The position numbers and the translations under genes were made by a program. A DNA stretch of 43,939 bases from Chiloscyllium plagiosum (Eukaryota): contig NC_057719.1 of assembly GCF_004010195.1 (NCBI RefSeq), positions 81,285,564 to 81,329,502 on the forward strand, written 5' to 3'. How positions within the stretch are numbered: the stretch's first letter is position 1; every line of letters starts with the position of its first letter. The notes beneath the pieces were generated by a model that had not been told where the DNA came from, did not search any database, and saw only the letters and a program-made list of their open reading frames with translations. Shown one piece after another: positions 10,234-22,800 of the stretch.

Positions 10234-11261
10234 CTGTTCAGCTTCAAAACTTCAAACTTTTGATGGTCTATAAGACAAATCTTTCTGCAAGCTGTCATTT
10301 GAAACAGACCAGAACAGAGACTGTCATCTTATAGAACCAAGAGTAACCAATGTACCCAAGTAAAGGGAAATTTAAGGAGTGTCATAGCCCAGCATTCAAC
10401 AGTATTCTTGAATGGTTACACACCAACTACTTGAGATGACTTAATATGATAAAGACAGCATCCCCCTCCAACAACACCTAGCCACACTGATATTCTATTG
10501 ACACACTTCAAACACAAGTGATGACTCTGGAGGTGGAGGAGCAGGCATAATGTTGGACTATAGCACTGATATCATTCTGGGAAAATGTATTCCAATAAAA
10601 TCTAACAGCAATGTAGTTTGTTAAAAATATTGCTCCTATTAGTGATGAATCTCACAATACAAGAATTCAAGGGTCGAAGCAACCCTGTCGCAACAACTTG
10701 GAAAGGCATTCTCCATTCTTGCAGAAGCCAGTTGAGCTACTTTGGCTAAAAAGAAGACAGTGTCCTGAATAGAAAATGATCTACAACAGCAATTACAGCT
10801 TGCATTAATAATGTTTTACATCTGAAAAAGAACACGAACAAGCCAGTCACACAGGAAAGTCATGGAAAGAAGATGATGTTCAAATCTACAGGATAATAGA
10901 AGAAAAGACAAACAACCTGAGGAAATACATGGACTGACCTTGCAACAAAACTGTTGCTAGGATTTTAATGGAGCACAATATTGGGCATGCAAGACCTTCA
11001 CTCTACATCCAACTAAAAGTGTGAAACAAGTATTCAGCATCACAGTTGTTGATTTTGTTCTTTCAAACTTCGGTTGTGCTTAGGGAGAGCATACTATACT
11101 TAACAATAGGTACTGCTGATTAGATATTTGCCAGTTTTGTTAAGTGGAATGAGTTGGTGAATATGGGCATTGCATGAAAAACATTGAACATGGGGCAACA
11201 TCACAGCATTAATAGCTCTACCACAATATTTCTTTGACATACACAAACATTAAGAACTAAC

Positions 11262-11650
11262 CAACCTATATATAGCAACTCATTCAAAATATCCCAAGGC
11301 ACTTTTCAATTAATTTAATTTGAAGAAGTTACTTTGATAGGGAAACATGGAAGCAAATTTGTGCACAAGAGAAATTGGACTAGTTAAACTTTGTTTTGGT
11401 AATGCTTGATTGAGGAGAACTATTGGCCAAGATCATTTTGCTGTTTGATAATCTTTGGTTAAGTGGGATTGCTGGTGAAAAACCTTCTGCTTCTCTTCAG
11501 TATCACATAGTCTTTTAGTGTTCAGTTAATACAGGCAGACAACTCATCTGAAAGATGGCACTGCCAACATTGAAGTGATCATCAGCACTGCACTGAAAAT
11601 TTGCACTTGTTATGAAGCAGGGCTTAAACATAAAGAAGTGAGCATGTTAG
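11262..11650 (-). mobile_element. Decayed SacSINE1/Deu-domain SINE
   Basis: CTCATCTGAAAGATGGCAC...AGCACTGCACTG and GGAAACATGGAAGCAAATTTGTGCACA are the reverse complement of Deu-domain and 3' motifs. Confidence 0.7.
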
Positions 11651-12112
11651 CTTCCCCAGTAATAAGAAAGCAACTCAAGTGCAAAATATTTATTTCTTGT
11701 CCTGTAATACAAACTCTAAGACAATAAAGAATACAAATTAATGAGAATGATTCTCTCTTATAATTGAAGTAACATTCATATACTTCAGGCTTCAGAGCAT
11801 CAACTTATAAATCTGAAAAGTATTAACTGATTATTAATTAGATTTTTTTTTAAAATTGTGTTGCAATTCGTGATTCACCTTTGCTCACACATACATAGGA
11901 ACAGGTTGTTAGTGTTGAATGAGTCTTGAGGTACACAATATGTAAAGCATATATTGAGAGAGTACAAGCCTGTGGGGGTAAAACACTAGGCTCCAGTTTT
12001 GTCTTTCACCAACAGTTATCAGGAGTTCCAACATTAAAAAAGAAATTGAATTGGTTGTAACATTCTCCTCGCCCATCAATATCTGCTTGCTGTATTAAAT
12101 GCTATAGATTCA

Positions 12113-12310
12113 AAATGATGTGCAAGCTAGGTGAATTGGCCTTGCTAAATTGTCCATAGTATTCAGGGATGTGTAGATTAGGTGCATTAGTCAGGGGAAA
12201 TGTAAAAGTAATAGGATTAGGGAATGGGTCTTGCTGGGATGTTCTTTGGAGGATTGGTGTGGTCTTGTTGGGCCAAATGGCCTGTTTCCACAGTCGGGAT
12301 TCTATGATCA
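12113..12310 (+). mobile_element. HE1-type SINE, 3' half
   Basis: GATGTGCAAGCTAGGTGAATTGGCCTTGCTAAATTG...TTGGGCCAAATGGCCTGTTTCCACA..GATTCTATGAT. Confidence 0.85.
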
Positions 12311-12669
12311 ATTTGCACATAAAATGGTGTATGAAATTCTTACAAGAAATATTGTACACCAGATGAGTGCACCCAAGTAATCGAAAAGGTCAAGTTTACT
12401 ATATAATTAATACTATTTGAAATTTTAGCTTATTTTAGTCTCAATTTTTCTCCTCACTCCAACACTTATCGCTTGTTAGAACATGCATCTGATGAAACAC
12501 ATAATCCATTCACATGATCTTTCCTCATATATGAGCCAAAACAGTAACTGTTAGTAGACTGTTCAACCCAATGGACAAAATATTCTTTCACAGGTATGCA
12601 GATTTCAGCCATGGGTAGAATTTAATTTTTATTCATGGTGTGCACATAGCACCAGCAAGAATGAATTTA

Positions 12670-13062
12670 TTGCAAATAGGAAAGAAACACTTCCAATGGC
12701 AAAATTGCCAGCAATGCGAAGACAAAGTTTGAGGCTGTTCAGCAAAAAAAATAAAAGGCAGGAGAGAAAGGGGACTACATTTGTCACACAACGATATATG
12801 ATTTAGAATGCATTACTTGGAAGTTGTGGATTCAATAATAACTTCTAATGGAGATTTTTTTATTTGCATATGTGAGCATTGCTTATTGCCCATTGCTAAC
12901 AGCCCTTGAGAAGGTGGATAAGATACAAAACTTAGAAAGAAGAAATTTCCAGGGCTATGGGTGAAGTTTAGGGAAGTGAAACTAAGGAGGTAGTGTTTTT
13001 TAAAAAAGTCATAAGAGAAACAGTGGACCAAATAGCCTCTTCTGTGCTTTATGGTTCCATGA
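12670..13062 (+). mobile_element. Old CR1 3' end fragment
   Basis: Degenerate CR1 C-terminus and tail GGACCAAATAGCCTCTTCTGTGCTTTATGGTTCCATGA. Confidence 0.5.
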
Positions 13063-13184
13063 CTAGATGAATGTTATCAACCACTCATCAGCCTAAAACT
13101 GGTCGTTATCGTGCATCGGTTGGTAGTGCTGCTTTACTTTCAGAGGAATTATTCACAGCTGAAAATTGTAGAATCAACTGCAGA

Positions 13185-14012
13185 CAGAGTCATAGTACCA
13201 TTGAGATGGACAGTATGCAAATATACCCTTTGGTCCAACTCATCCATGTCAACCAGGTATCCTAAATTAATTTGGTCCCATTTCCTAGCATTTGGCCCAA
13301 ATCTCTCTCAACCCTTCCTATTCATATACGCATCCAATGTTGTAATTATACCAGCCTCCAATGCTTCCTCTGGCAATTCATTCCATACAGGCACCACCCT
13401 CTGCATGAAAAAGTTGCTCCTTAGGTCCCTTTTGAAACTTTCCCCTCTCAGCTTAAACTTATGTCTTCTAGGTTTGGACTTCCCTGCCTGGGAAAAAGAC
13501 CTTGCCTATTCAACCAATCGATACCCCTCATGGTTTCATAAACGTCTATAAGATCACCCCTCAGACCCCATTGCCCCAAGGAGAGTAGCCCCAGCCTATT
13601 CAGCGCCTCCCTATAGCTCAAACCCTCCAAGCCTGACAAACATCCTTGTAAACCTTTTCTTAATCCTTTCAAGTTTCACAACATCTATCCTATAGCAGGG
13701 AGATGAGAATTGAACGCAGTATTCCAAAAGTGGCCTAACCAAAGTCCTGAACAGCAACATGACTTCCAAACTCCTATACACAATGCACTGAGCAACAAAT
13801 GCAAACATATCGAATGCCTTCTTCACTACCCTTTCTACCTGCAACACCACTTTCAAGTAACTATGAACCTACACTCCAAGGTATCTTTGTTCAGCAATCT
13901 TACCATCAAGTGTACACATCCTGCTCTGATCTGCCCTACCAAAATATGGCACTTCACATTCATATAAGTTAAACTCCACCTGCCACTTCTCAGCCCATCT
14001 GATCAAGGTCCC
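13185..14012 (-). mobile_element. CR1/HER1 LINE 3' fragment
   Basis: Minus-strand peptides WAEKWQVEFN..C.V, LFRTLVRPLLEYCVQFSSP and LSYREALNRLGL..LRGDLIDVY; tail CTATGACTCTG. Confidence 0.93.
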
Positions 14013-14364
14013 ATGATTGGCCTCAAAAATTATGACTGAACTCATCCTTCTCCTTGTTTGGCTCCGGCCACGGGGCATCTTTCTCTTCAACAGGGCGGTT
14101 TTGCTCTGGGTTCTGCAGATCAAAAGGGATATATTTACAATGGATTAGAAACAAAAGAATTTGCTCATATTTTTCCTTCCATGTTTTGGAAATAAAATTC
14201 CAATTGCAGCACCTACTACTTTGGTGCTGAGGTCATCTAAAAGAAAAAAAACGTCATTTGAATCTGGGGTTTCTGGTCTGTGCACCTCACCCACTGGTTC
14301 TGCACATAATAGGCAGCATAAATTTCCAGCGGGGGACATGCTTAGATAGAATGGAGTAATAGAA

Positions 14365-14720
14365 ATCTACACTTGCATAGCACCTCTAACATTTCAAGTA
14401 CACATCTCAAAGCAATTTACAGCAGTTTTACCAAACTAAGTTTACTGCTGAGCTGTATAAGGAGATATTGACAATGGCCAAAACACTGGGCAAACAGCTA
14501 TTCTTTCTGGAACATTTTAAAGAGAGATGGGTAGAGAGGCAGAGAGATTAGAAAGGAAATTTTGTTAGTTAGGGCAGCAGCTAAAGAGAATTGAAAATCA
14601 CAAATGCAAGAAGCTGGAATTGGACGAGTGCAGCAATCTCCCTGTGGGTTGTTGGGCTGCATGAAATAGAATGAGGCATGGTTGAGGTTAAAAACAGTGA
14701 ATATGGTACTGAAATTGTTT
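14365..14720 (-). mobile_element. Decayed L2-type LINE 3' end
   Basis: CTTGCATAGCACCT..CATCTCAAAGCAATTTACAG..AAGGAGATATT.. resembles 39130-39490 and the recalled shark L2 tail. Confidence 0.5.
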
Positions 14721-14899
14721 TTGGGTGACAATGCAGACTCCTAAGTGATGTATGGTATTTCAAAGCCTTTCTTTAAAATTAACTTACAGGTTATTTCTAA
14801 GTAGCTAATACATAGCTGGATTATAGATGAGAGATGAATTTATCACCCAGGTTTAAGAACAGCTATTGGACACAAATGCAACATTACTGTCAAATGAAC

Positions 14900-15590
14900 A
14901 CAGGAACACCTGAAATAGGACCAGATGTAGACTCCTTGGTCCTCAAGTCTGCCTCGCCACTCAACAAGATTATGACTAATTGAAACATATTTCCAATTCC
15001 ACATTTCAATCTACCTCAATAATCTAATTCCCCACCTAATAAGAACAGATCCATTTTTAAAAATATTCAAATCACAGTGCCTCAGAAGGCAATGAAGGCT
15101 GTAAGGTCTAAAGTCACACAACTCCTTGCAAAAGAAGATTTATCTTCATCACTGTCTTGAAAATGCAACCCTAATTTGAAAACAGTGCCCCTCAGTTCCA
15201 GATTGATTTAAGAGGAAACACCCTTTCCATGTACTTTGGCAAAACCAGTAACATCATCCCTCACTCTTCTTACATCCAATGGAATTAAGCCTAATCTGTT
15301 CAACACAAGACAACTTGCTCTACCCAGGCACCATCTAGTAAATTTCCCCTACAGCACCTCCAACACATTTATGTTCTTCCTTAAATAAAGAGACTAAAAC
15401 CACTTATAATATTCGAAATGTGGTCTTACCAACAACCTTATAACTGAACTTTTGCATCCTTACTTTTGAGTTCAGTTCCTCTTTTAATAAAGGATAGCAT
15501 CCCATTAGCTATCTTGATTTCACACTGTACCTGCATAACAACATTTTGCTACTCAGGCACCAGAACACCTGATTCACTTTGCATCTCAAA
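14900..15590 (-). mobile_element. Old CR1 LINE 3' fragment
   Basis: ACAGGAACACCTGAAATAGGACCAGATGTAG tail; TCCTTAAATAAAGAGACTAAAAC..ATATTCGAAATGTGGTCT encodes a degenerate RPHFEY..VQFW.P motif on the minus strand. Confidence 0.7.
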
Positions 15591-15658
15591 ATGTATTTCT
15601 TATTTGTTGATTGGATGAGAGTGTGACTGGAGACCTGTTGGCCCTGGATCAATGGTAT

Positions 15659-15872
15659 GATTAGATCCCCTACAGTGTGGAAACAGATCTTTCGGCCTAA
15701 CCAGTGCACACTGACCCTCCAAAGAGTAACCCACCCAGACGCATTTCCCTCTGACTAATGCACCTAACACTCTGGGCAATTTAGCATGGCCAATTCACCT
15801 GACCCACACATCTTTGGACTGTGGGAGGAAACCAGAGCACCCGGATAAAAACCAAGCAGACACAGGGAGAAT
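15659..15872 (-). mobile_element. HE1-type V-SINE, 5'-truncated
   Basis: GGGCAATTTAGCATGGCCAATTCACCTGACC...TTTGGACTGTGGGAGGAAACC is shared with the other copies. Confidence 0.9.
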
Positions 15873-16402
15873 ATCTGGGGTCCCTGCTTGCTACAGTCTG
15901 AAACCAACCTGAATGCTTTATTAAATGATTTTTATTACTGGTAGTGATATTATTCATTTGTTTATGTTGCATTTTAAATATTCTATGAAATTTATTCCCC
16001 GTTTGTGTGCTATGTTAATATTTAAAAGGTCAAAAAAAGCTTAACTGCTTTCCAAAGACTGACCAATCATCATCTTTCTTTTTCTGCATTAGAGAAAGGA
16101 CCAAAACCAGTTCAAGTTACAGTGCATCCAAATCTGTCAGATATCCAGACCTGAAGTTCTTAGCATATGGCCATTTGGGCCTCAACACTGGCAGTATGAC
16201 AAAGGTGATGTTTTTGGTTTCTCTCAAGCACTGCCAATACTTGAGAAAGTTACTATATCACAGGCCTAGTTCACTGGGAACACTTCATTTCAGGTCATAA
16301 AGATACTCAAGAAATATATATGTAATACCTGCATGCATATTGTGTCCTGCAGAATTCTATAACTAAATTTAAATAAATCAAGGAATTATACAAATTTAAG
16401 TA

Positions 16403-16522
16403 AAATATTACAGACGCTGGAAATTTGAAATAAATCAGAAAATGCTGGAGAAACCCAGCACATCTGGCCCTGTGGAAAGAGAAACAAAGATAGTGTTGAG
16501 GTTGATATGACTCTTCACGTTC
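16403..16522 (-). mobile_element. Decayed Penelope-type terminal fragment
   Basis: CAGACGCTGGAAATTTGAAATAAATCAGAAAATGCTGGAGAAACCCAGCA resembles the PLE terminus CAGATGCTGGAGATCAGAGCTGAAAATGTGTTGCTGGA at 19440-19494. Confidence 0.55.
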
Positions 16523-16814
16523 TAAATTGTTACCAATGAGTTCCAAAAGTATCTCTACTATATATTTTATTTTACAAATACATATTTTTTTAGTCCCTCA
16601 TTCCTGTTAGCCTTAGCGGTCTATTTGTTTCAGAATGTTTTGTGCATCTTCCATCATGGGAAAAAACATCAACTATTTATTTATTGCCTCTGTCATTTCC
16701 TTATTCCTTATATTTCTAATTTTCTGTATTTTTGATAGTGAACTGAAATGGGAAAATAACTGGTTGAAAAAAACTAAGGACTGTTGAAGGGTTGCTGCAC
16801 TTTAAGAGAGAGAC

Positions 16815-17230
16815 AGACAGATTCGGGATAATCAACATGGCTTTGTGCGTGGGAAATCATGTCTCACAAACTTGATTGAGTTTTTTGATGAAGTAACAAA
16901 CAAGATTGAGGGCAGAGCAGTAGATGTGATCTATATGGACTTAAGTAAGGAATTGCTGAACAAAGAGATCTTGGAGTGCAGGTTCATAGCTCCTTGAAAG
17001 TGGAGTCGCAGGTAGATAGGATAGTGAAGGCAGCGTTTGGTGTGCTTTCCTTTATTGGTCAGAGTATTGAGTACAGGAGTTGGGAGGTCATATTGTGGCT
17101 GTACAGGACATTGGTTAGGCCACTGTTGGAATATTGCTTGCAATTCTGGTCTCCTTCCTATCGGAAAGATGTTGTGAAACTTGAAAGGGTTCAGAAAAGA
17201 TTTACAAGGATGTTGCCAGGGTTGGAGGAT
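16815..17230 (+). mobile_element. Relatively young CR1/HER1 fragment with an internal deletion, truncated by the gap
   Basis: IRDNQHGFVRGKSCLTNLIEFFDEVT..AVDVIYMDLSK is joined at ~16950 to AEQRDLGVQVHSSLKVESQVDRIVK...LYRTLVRPLLEYCLQFWSP. Confidence 0.93.
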
Positions 17231-17875
17231 NNNNNNNNNNNNNNNNNNNNNNNNNNNNNNNNNNNNNNNNNNNNNNNNNNNNNNNNNNNNNNNNNNNNNN
17301 NNNNNNNNNNNNNNNNNNNNNNNNNNNNNNNNNNNNNNNNNNNNNNNNNNNNNNNNNNNNNNNNNNNNNNNNNNNNNNNNNNNNNNNNNNNNNNNNNNNN
17401 NNNNNNNNNNNNNNNNNNNNNNNNNNNNNNNNNNNNNNNNNNNNNNNNNNNNNNNNNNNNNNNNNNNNNNNNNNNNNNNNNNNNNNNNNNNNNNNNNNNN
17501 NNNNNNNNNNNNNNNNNNNNNNNNNNNNNNNNNNNNNNNNNNNNNNNNNNNNNNNNNNNNNNNNNNNNNNNNNNNNNNNNNNNNNNNNNNNNNNNNNNNN
17601 NNNNNNNNNNNNNNNNNNNNNNNNNNNNNNNNNNNNNNNNNNNNNNNNNNNNNNNNNNNNNNNNNNNNNNNNNNNNNNNNNNNNNNNNNNNNNNNNNNNN
17701 NNNNNNNNNNNNNNNNNNNNNNNNNNNNNNNNNNNNNNNNNNNNNNNNNNNNNNNNNNNNNNNNNNNNNNNNNNNNNNNNNNNNNNNNNNNNNNNNNNNN
17801 NNNNNNNNNNNNNNNNNNNNNNNNNNNNNNNNNNNNNNNNNNNNNNNNNNNNNNNNNNNNNNNNNNNNNNNNNNN
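17231..17875. other. Assembly gap (N run)
   Basis: Run of N. Confidence 1.
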
Positions 17876-18037
17876 TCTATAAATTGCATTCCCAGGTATC
17901 TTCCCCCCATTTATCTCTCAGCCCCCTTAGGCCACTAGTCTCATTCCTAATGAAGAGCTTAGACTCGAAACGTCGATTCTCCTGCTCTGTGGATGCTTCC
18001 TGACCGGCTGTGCTTTTCCAGCACCACGCTCTACAAC
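17876..18037 (+). mobile_element. Penelope-like element 3' terminal region
   Basis: TCATTCCTAATGAAGAGCTTAGACTCGAAACGTCGATTCTCCTGCT...GCTTTTCCAGCACCAC is homologous to 343-430. Confidence 0.85.
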
Positions 18038-18245
18038 CTGTGGAGAAGGAGCTGGTGTGCTGCAGTTAAAAAGCATCTCGGGGGACTCGGCAAGATGGCG
18101 GCAATTCTATAGAACTGCTGTGGACAGCTCTGCCTAACAGCAAAGGCATACTGGTGTTTTTTGCCATCCCTGGCCAACTTATGTGATGGAATGATTAGTT
18201 TAAAACCTTACAGAACACATTTGTTAATACTTGGGAGTGGGAAGG

Positions 18246-19129
18246 ATGCCAAAGGGAAAAGGAGCAAGCAAATAGCAGCAGGGAGGACACTTCCCTGCAG
18301 CACCTACCACACCAGAGACTGCAGCAGCAACAGCCTCTCCTGACCCCACCCTGGCGACCTGACAGACTCTCAGAAATTGGCTGCAGCGATGGAGAGATTT
18401 ACCTTGAAAGTTGGGGCTGCGATTGAGGAGATCCGTGGGGAGATTCGTGCCCAGGTCCAACCTATTGCATCCATGCTGCAGAAGCATGAGCAGGAGATCC
18501 AGGGCCTCAGGGAGAGGCTGGAGGAGGTGGAGGGTCGAACTGATGCCTCAGAAGCTTCAATGGAGTCCTCACCCAGTCTGATCCAGATGCTGGAGTGAGA
18601 GGTGCAGGCCTTGCGAGACCATATCGACGACTTCGAAAATCGAGGTCGGAGGATAAATCTCCAAATTGTTGGGCTCCCTGAAGGTGAGAAAGGTGAGCAG
18701 CCAGTGAGCTTGTTTGAAAACTGGCTGCCGAAGGTTTTGGGCCTTCACATCTAGTCCAGCAGGCCACAGATTGAAAGGGCCTGTTGGGTTACAGTGCACA
18801 GGTCAGGCCCAGTGCAGCGCCCCGGCTCAGTTCTAGTGCACTTTCACTCATATAAGGACAAGCAAAAAGTCATAGAAGCTTCCAGATCCCTGGGAAAAGA
18901 TCCGTAGGCACTGCTGTACAAGGGGTCTAAAATCATGTTTTTCCAGGATTTCTCTGCAGCTGTAATTCAAAAGAGGAAGTCCTTCAATGAAGTTAAAAAG
19001 AGGCTGAGGAACCTGGGCATCCAGTACTCCATGAGATTTCCCACAGTGCTCCATTTCAGCCACGAGGACTCAGCTTATACATTTGATTGAGCGGATAAAG
19101 CTAAAAACTTTGTAGACACTTTAAAATAG
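18246..19129 (+). pseudogene. L1 ORF1p (coiled coil plus Transposase_22-type RRM/CTD), disrupted
   Basis: HEQEIQGLRERLEEVEGR...DDFENRGRRINLQIVGLPEGE...IERA...IMFFQDFSAAVIQKRKSFNEVKKRLRNLGIQYSMRFP, with several in-frame stops and a frameshift. Confidence 0.9.
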
Positions 19130-19439
19130 ACGGATTGGCCTGAAGAATATGGTTAATGTTTGTTCTCTTTTCTATCTTTTCCCATGTTTTCCCTTCCTTT
19201 TTTTTAAAATTCCTTTCTTTCTCCCTAATAATTTCCTTTTTGGAAAGGGGGGAAAAGACCTTGGAATAAGTTGCTCCTTTTTTTTAAATATCTGGATTTT
19301 CTGATGGGAAATTTTGTGGATGCTCTTTGTTGTCTCTCCCTTGTTTTTTTGTTTCTTCTATTTCTCTTTTAATCACAATTAGGGGTGACATGAAGCCAAG
19401 GATGTGTGGCGTGATCATCCTGACTTGGTCTTTTTTCTG

Positions 19440-19494
19440 GGAGAAAGTGAGGACTGCAGATGCTGGAGATCAGAGCTGAAAATGTGTTGCTGGA
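19440..19494 (-). mobile_element. 55-bp Penelope terminal fragment inserted in the L1 inter-ORF spacer, with a 14-bp TSD
   Basis: TGGTCTTTTTTCTG is exact at both 19426-19439 and 19495-19508. The reverse complement of the insert begins TCCAGCAACACATTTTCAGCTC, matching the PLE end at 419-441. Confidence 0.88.
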
Positions 19495-19813
19495 TGGTCT
19501 TTTTTCTGTTGATTTAAGGATCATCTCCTTGTTTTTTTTTCCTGGCCTAAGGCAGGGGCACAGTCCGGGCATGAAGAAGCTGTGAAGGGGATGGGTAGGG
19601 CGAGTGTCCCCTATGGGCAGGGGGAAAGAGTCATCCATTTAAGGTTTTATAGTTGTTTTTTTTTAGTATTTTGGTAGTAATAGTTGTTTATAGTTATGAT
19701 AGAGTAGTTTTTGTAGATATAGTTCTTTGACTCTGAGTCTTTGTTTACTTATGCTTGGCGCTTTGTAAGCAGGGTTCTCCCTCCCAGGGGTTCAAGGGTC
19801 TCTGAAAGGGAAT

Positions 19814-22800
19814 ATGGCTAAGTGTCTTATTAAATGTTGCACTTGGAACATTAAACGAAGTCATTCGCCTGTTAAAAGGAAAAAAGTGCTTTCTAGCCTT
19901 AAGAGGGAAAGGGTTGATATCACTTTGTTGCAGGAAACCCATCTTGATAATGGGGAACACCTGAAATTACAAGAGGGGTGTCATGACGGGGTATTCTTTT
20001 CATCCTTTACTACGGCAGTACTTATCCAGAAAAATCTTCTGTTCACATTATTAGAGCAGGTGAAAGATGAGCAGGGACGGTACATGGGGAGGAAAATGGC
20101 ATTTTAAATGTCTACTACCCTCCGTCGCATCCCCTCAAATGTTTGATTCGTGCTTTCTCCAAGTTGAGTGCTTTTGGAACACGGCACATTATTAANNNNN
20201 NNNNNNGACAGTGGACAGGATGCCTTGTGGGCCCCCAACTATTTATTCGCAGGCCAAGCAGGTGGTTGACATATGCGGGGAGATGGGGCTGGTGGATATT
20301 TGGAGATGTCTTCACCCTACCGGCAGGGACTTCACGTTTTTTTCGAACCCACATAAATGTCACATGAGGACTGACCTCTTTCTGGCTCCCTTGGCCCTTC
20401 TGGATTCAATAATGGGTTGTAAAATTGGGAATATACCTATCTCTGATGATGCAGCAGTGGATTTGGAGGTTAAGGCCAAGAGTGAGGGGCTAGGTTTGCG
20501 GCACTGGCGTTTAGACCCTTTTCTCCTTAAGGATTCCAAATTTGTGGAATACGTTTTGAAGGAGTTTCAGGAATTCTTGACTATCAACTCAGGCACGGCT
20601 AGAAGTCCATCTATGCTATGGGAGACTGGTAAGGCCTTTGCTAGGGGATTAGCTATTTCCTATTCGGCTAGCTGGAAACGACAGAAGGTGGAACAGCAGT
20701 GTCTACTTGAGACAGCACATTTGTGCGGCCTTCGGTGACTAAGCTACAGCGGATCATGGCCCTCCGGGCTGCCTTGAATTCAATACTGGCACAAAACACA
20801 AAGAAAGAACTTGCTTTTGTTAGACAAAGGCTGTTCGAATATGGGGATAGGCCAGGGAAGTATTTAGCGTACGTGACTAGGAAAAAGCGTGCTCCCCAAT
20901 CCATTACTGCAATCAGAGACAGCGCCGGGGTCCTTACATACGATGCTAAAAAGATTAATGAGGCTTTTCAGAGCTTTCACTCTGAATTGTACTGGTCTGA
21001 AGGTTGCAATGACAGGAGGGCTAAAATGGAGACTTTTTTTAAGAACCTGGACCTCCCAGGGGTAACCTTGAAACAGGCCTCTCTCCTTAATGCCCCCTTG
21101 ACAGTTCAGGAAACAGAGGAAGCAGCTAGGCAACTTCAGAGTGGGAAAGCGCCTGGCCCTGATGGTCTTCCAGGTGAGTTTTATAAGGTGTTTATAGGGA
21201 TTCTGTCAGGGTCGATGTTGGAGATGTACAATCACTCCTATATGCATGAATGTCTACCACCATCTTTGACAGAAGTTAATATTTCCCCAATTCTTAAGGA
21301 GGGGAAGGTTCATACAGGCCCATCTCTCTATTAAATTCAGATTTCAAGATTCTGTCCAAGATCCTGGCGCTGAGATTGGAAAGGGTGTTGCCCCATATTA
21401 TTACAGAGGACCTGACAGGCTTTATAAGGGGCCGTAGGTCCTCTAATAATATTAGAAGATTGCTGAATATGGTCCAAGCTTGTCAGCAACAATCGATTCA
21501 GGGGTTGGTGATTTCCTTAGATGCAGAGAAAGCATTTGACCGGGTGGAATGGCCATATCTTTTTTATGTCTTAGAACAGTTTGGGTTGGGTGGAGTCTTT
21601 GCTCAGTGGGTGGAGGTTTTATATTGCCACCCTCTGGCCATGGTCATCACCAACGGGGTGAAGTCTGGGAATTTTAGGATTGGTAAGGCTGCCCCCTCTC
21701 ACCACTGTTGTTTCCGTTGGTGCTAGAGCCGCTGGCAGAAGCCATTCATCAGAATGTCCACATAACCGCTCCGGAAGTGGGATCAAGGGTACACAAGATT
21801 ACACTGTATGCGGATGATGTCCTTCTGTTTTTAATCGAACTCAATGATCTCCCTACCCCATTCGATACAATGTATCGATTCACTTGGGGCTATTTCAGGA
21901 TATAAGATTAACTTTGCAAAATCAGAGGCTATGTCTTTGGGGAACCTTAAGGATGTACCAGAAGTTGAAGGTGGCCCTAAGATCCTTAAGTGGTCATGGG
22001 CAGGGTTCCGATACCTCGACATTTTTATTACCCACAAGTTTGATCTGTTATTGCAGACTAACTTTGCTCACTTGCTCGTCAGTATTAGGCGAGATCTCCA
22101 GAGATGGGAGGCTATTCCAATTTCATGGCTGGGCCGAATATCTCTCATTAAGATGAATGTTCTTCCTCGTTTGCTTTATCCCATGTGTTTGCTCCCTATA
22201 ATGTTTCCCAGGTCACCGCCGCGGAAGCCTATGGGGTGGTTTGGTTCCTTTGTCTGGCATCGTGGGCGGCCCCTCATCAAACTTACTAAATTGCAGTTGC
22301 CTCAAGGAGGGGGAGGAGTTGATTTCCCAGACATCAGGAGGTATCAATTGAGTTCCCTGCTGTCCTTTGTGATTGGGTAGGTAACGATCCAAACTCAAAA
22401 TGGCTGGATATCGAGGCCTCCCAGGCAAGGTGCCCTCTTATTAACCTGGTGTTCATGGATAAGATGAGGACAGTTATGGACCATTGCTGGAACCCCATTG
22501 TCATTAGTACAGTCAAGGCATGGAGTGCGATGCTTCAGAGTGAGGGTTGTTTATCCAAGACTTCGCCACTCACACCTACAGTTGGCATGCCAGGGTTCCA
22601 ACCAGAGATGATGGACTCAGGGTTCAAACTATGGGCAGCGAGAGGAGTTTCTAGTTTGGAAAACTTGTTTGAGGGGGAGGTTATGGTGTCTTTTGAGCAG
22701 CTGAGCTGCAAATACGGTTTGCCCAGCAGAGATCTTTTCCGTTTTTTTTTCAGGTTAGGGATTTCATCCAGAAGATGACTACGCTTCTCACTAAGCCCTA

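Noticed and set aside
14022..14112. Minus-strand exon candidate NPEQNRPVEEKDAPWPEPNKEKDEFSHNF*
   Set aside because: There is an acceptor-like CTGCAG, but the peptide is unrecognised, no partner exons are evident and it abuts a CR1 fragment.
16976..17938. 233-320 aa ORFs
   Set aside because: They are mostly N gap; the real portion is CR1 ORF2.
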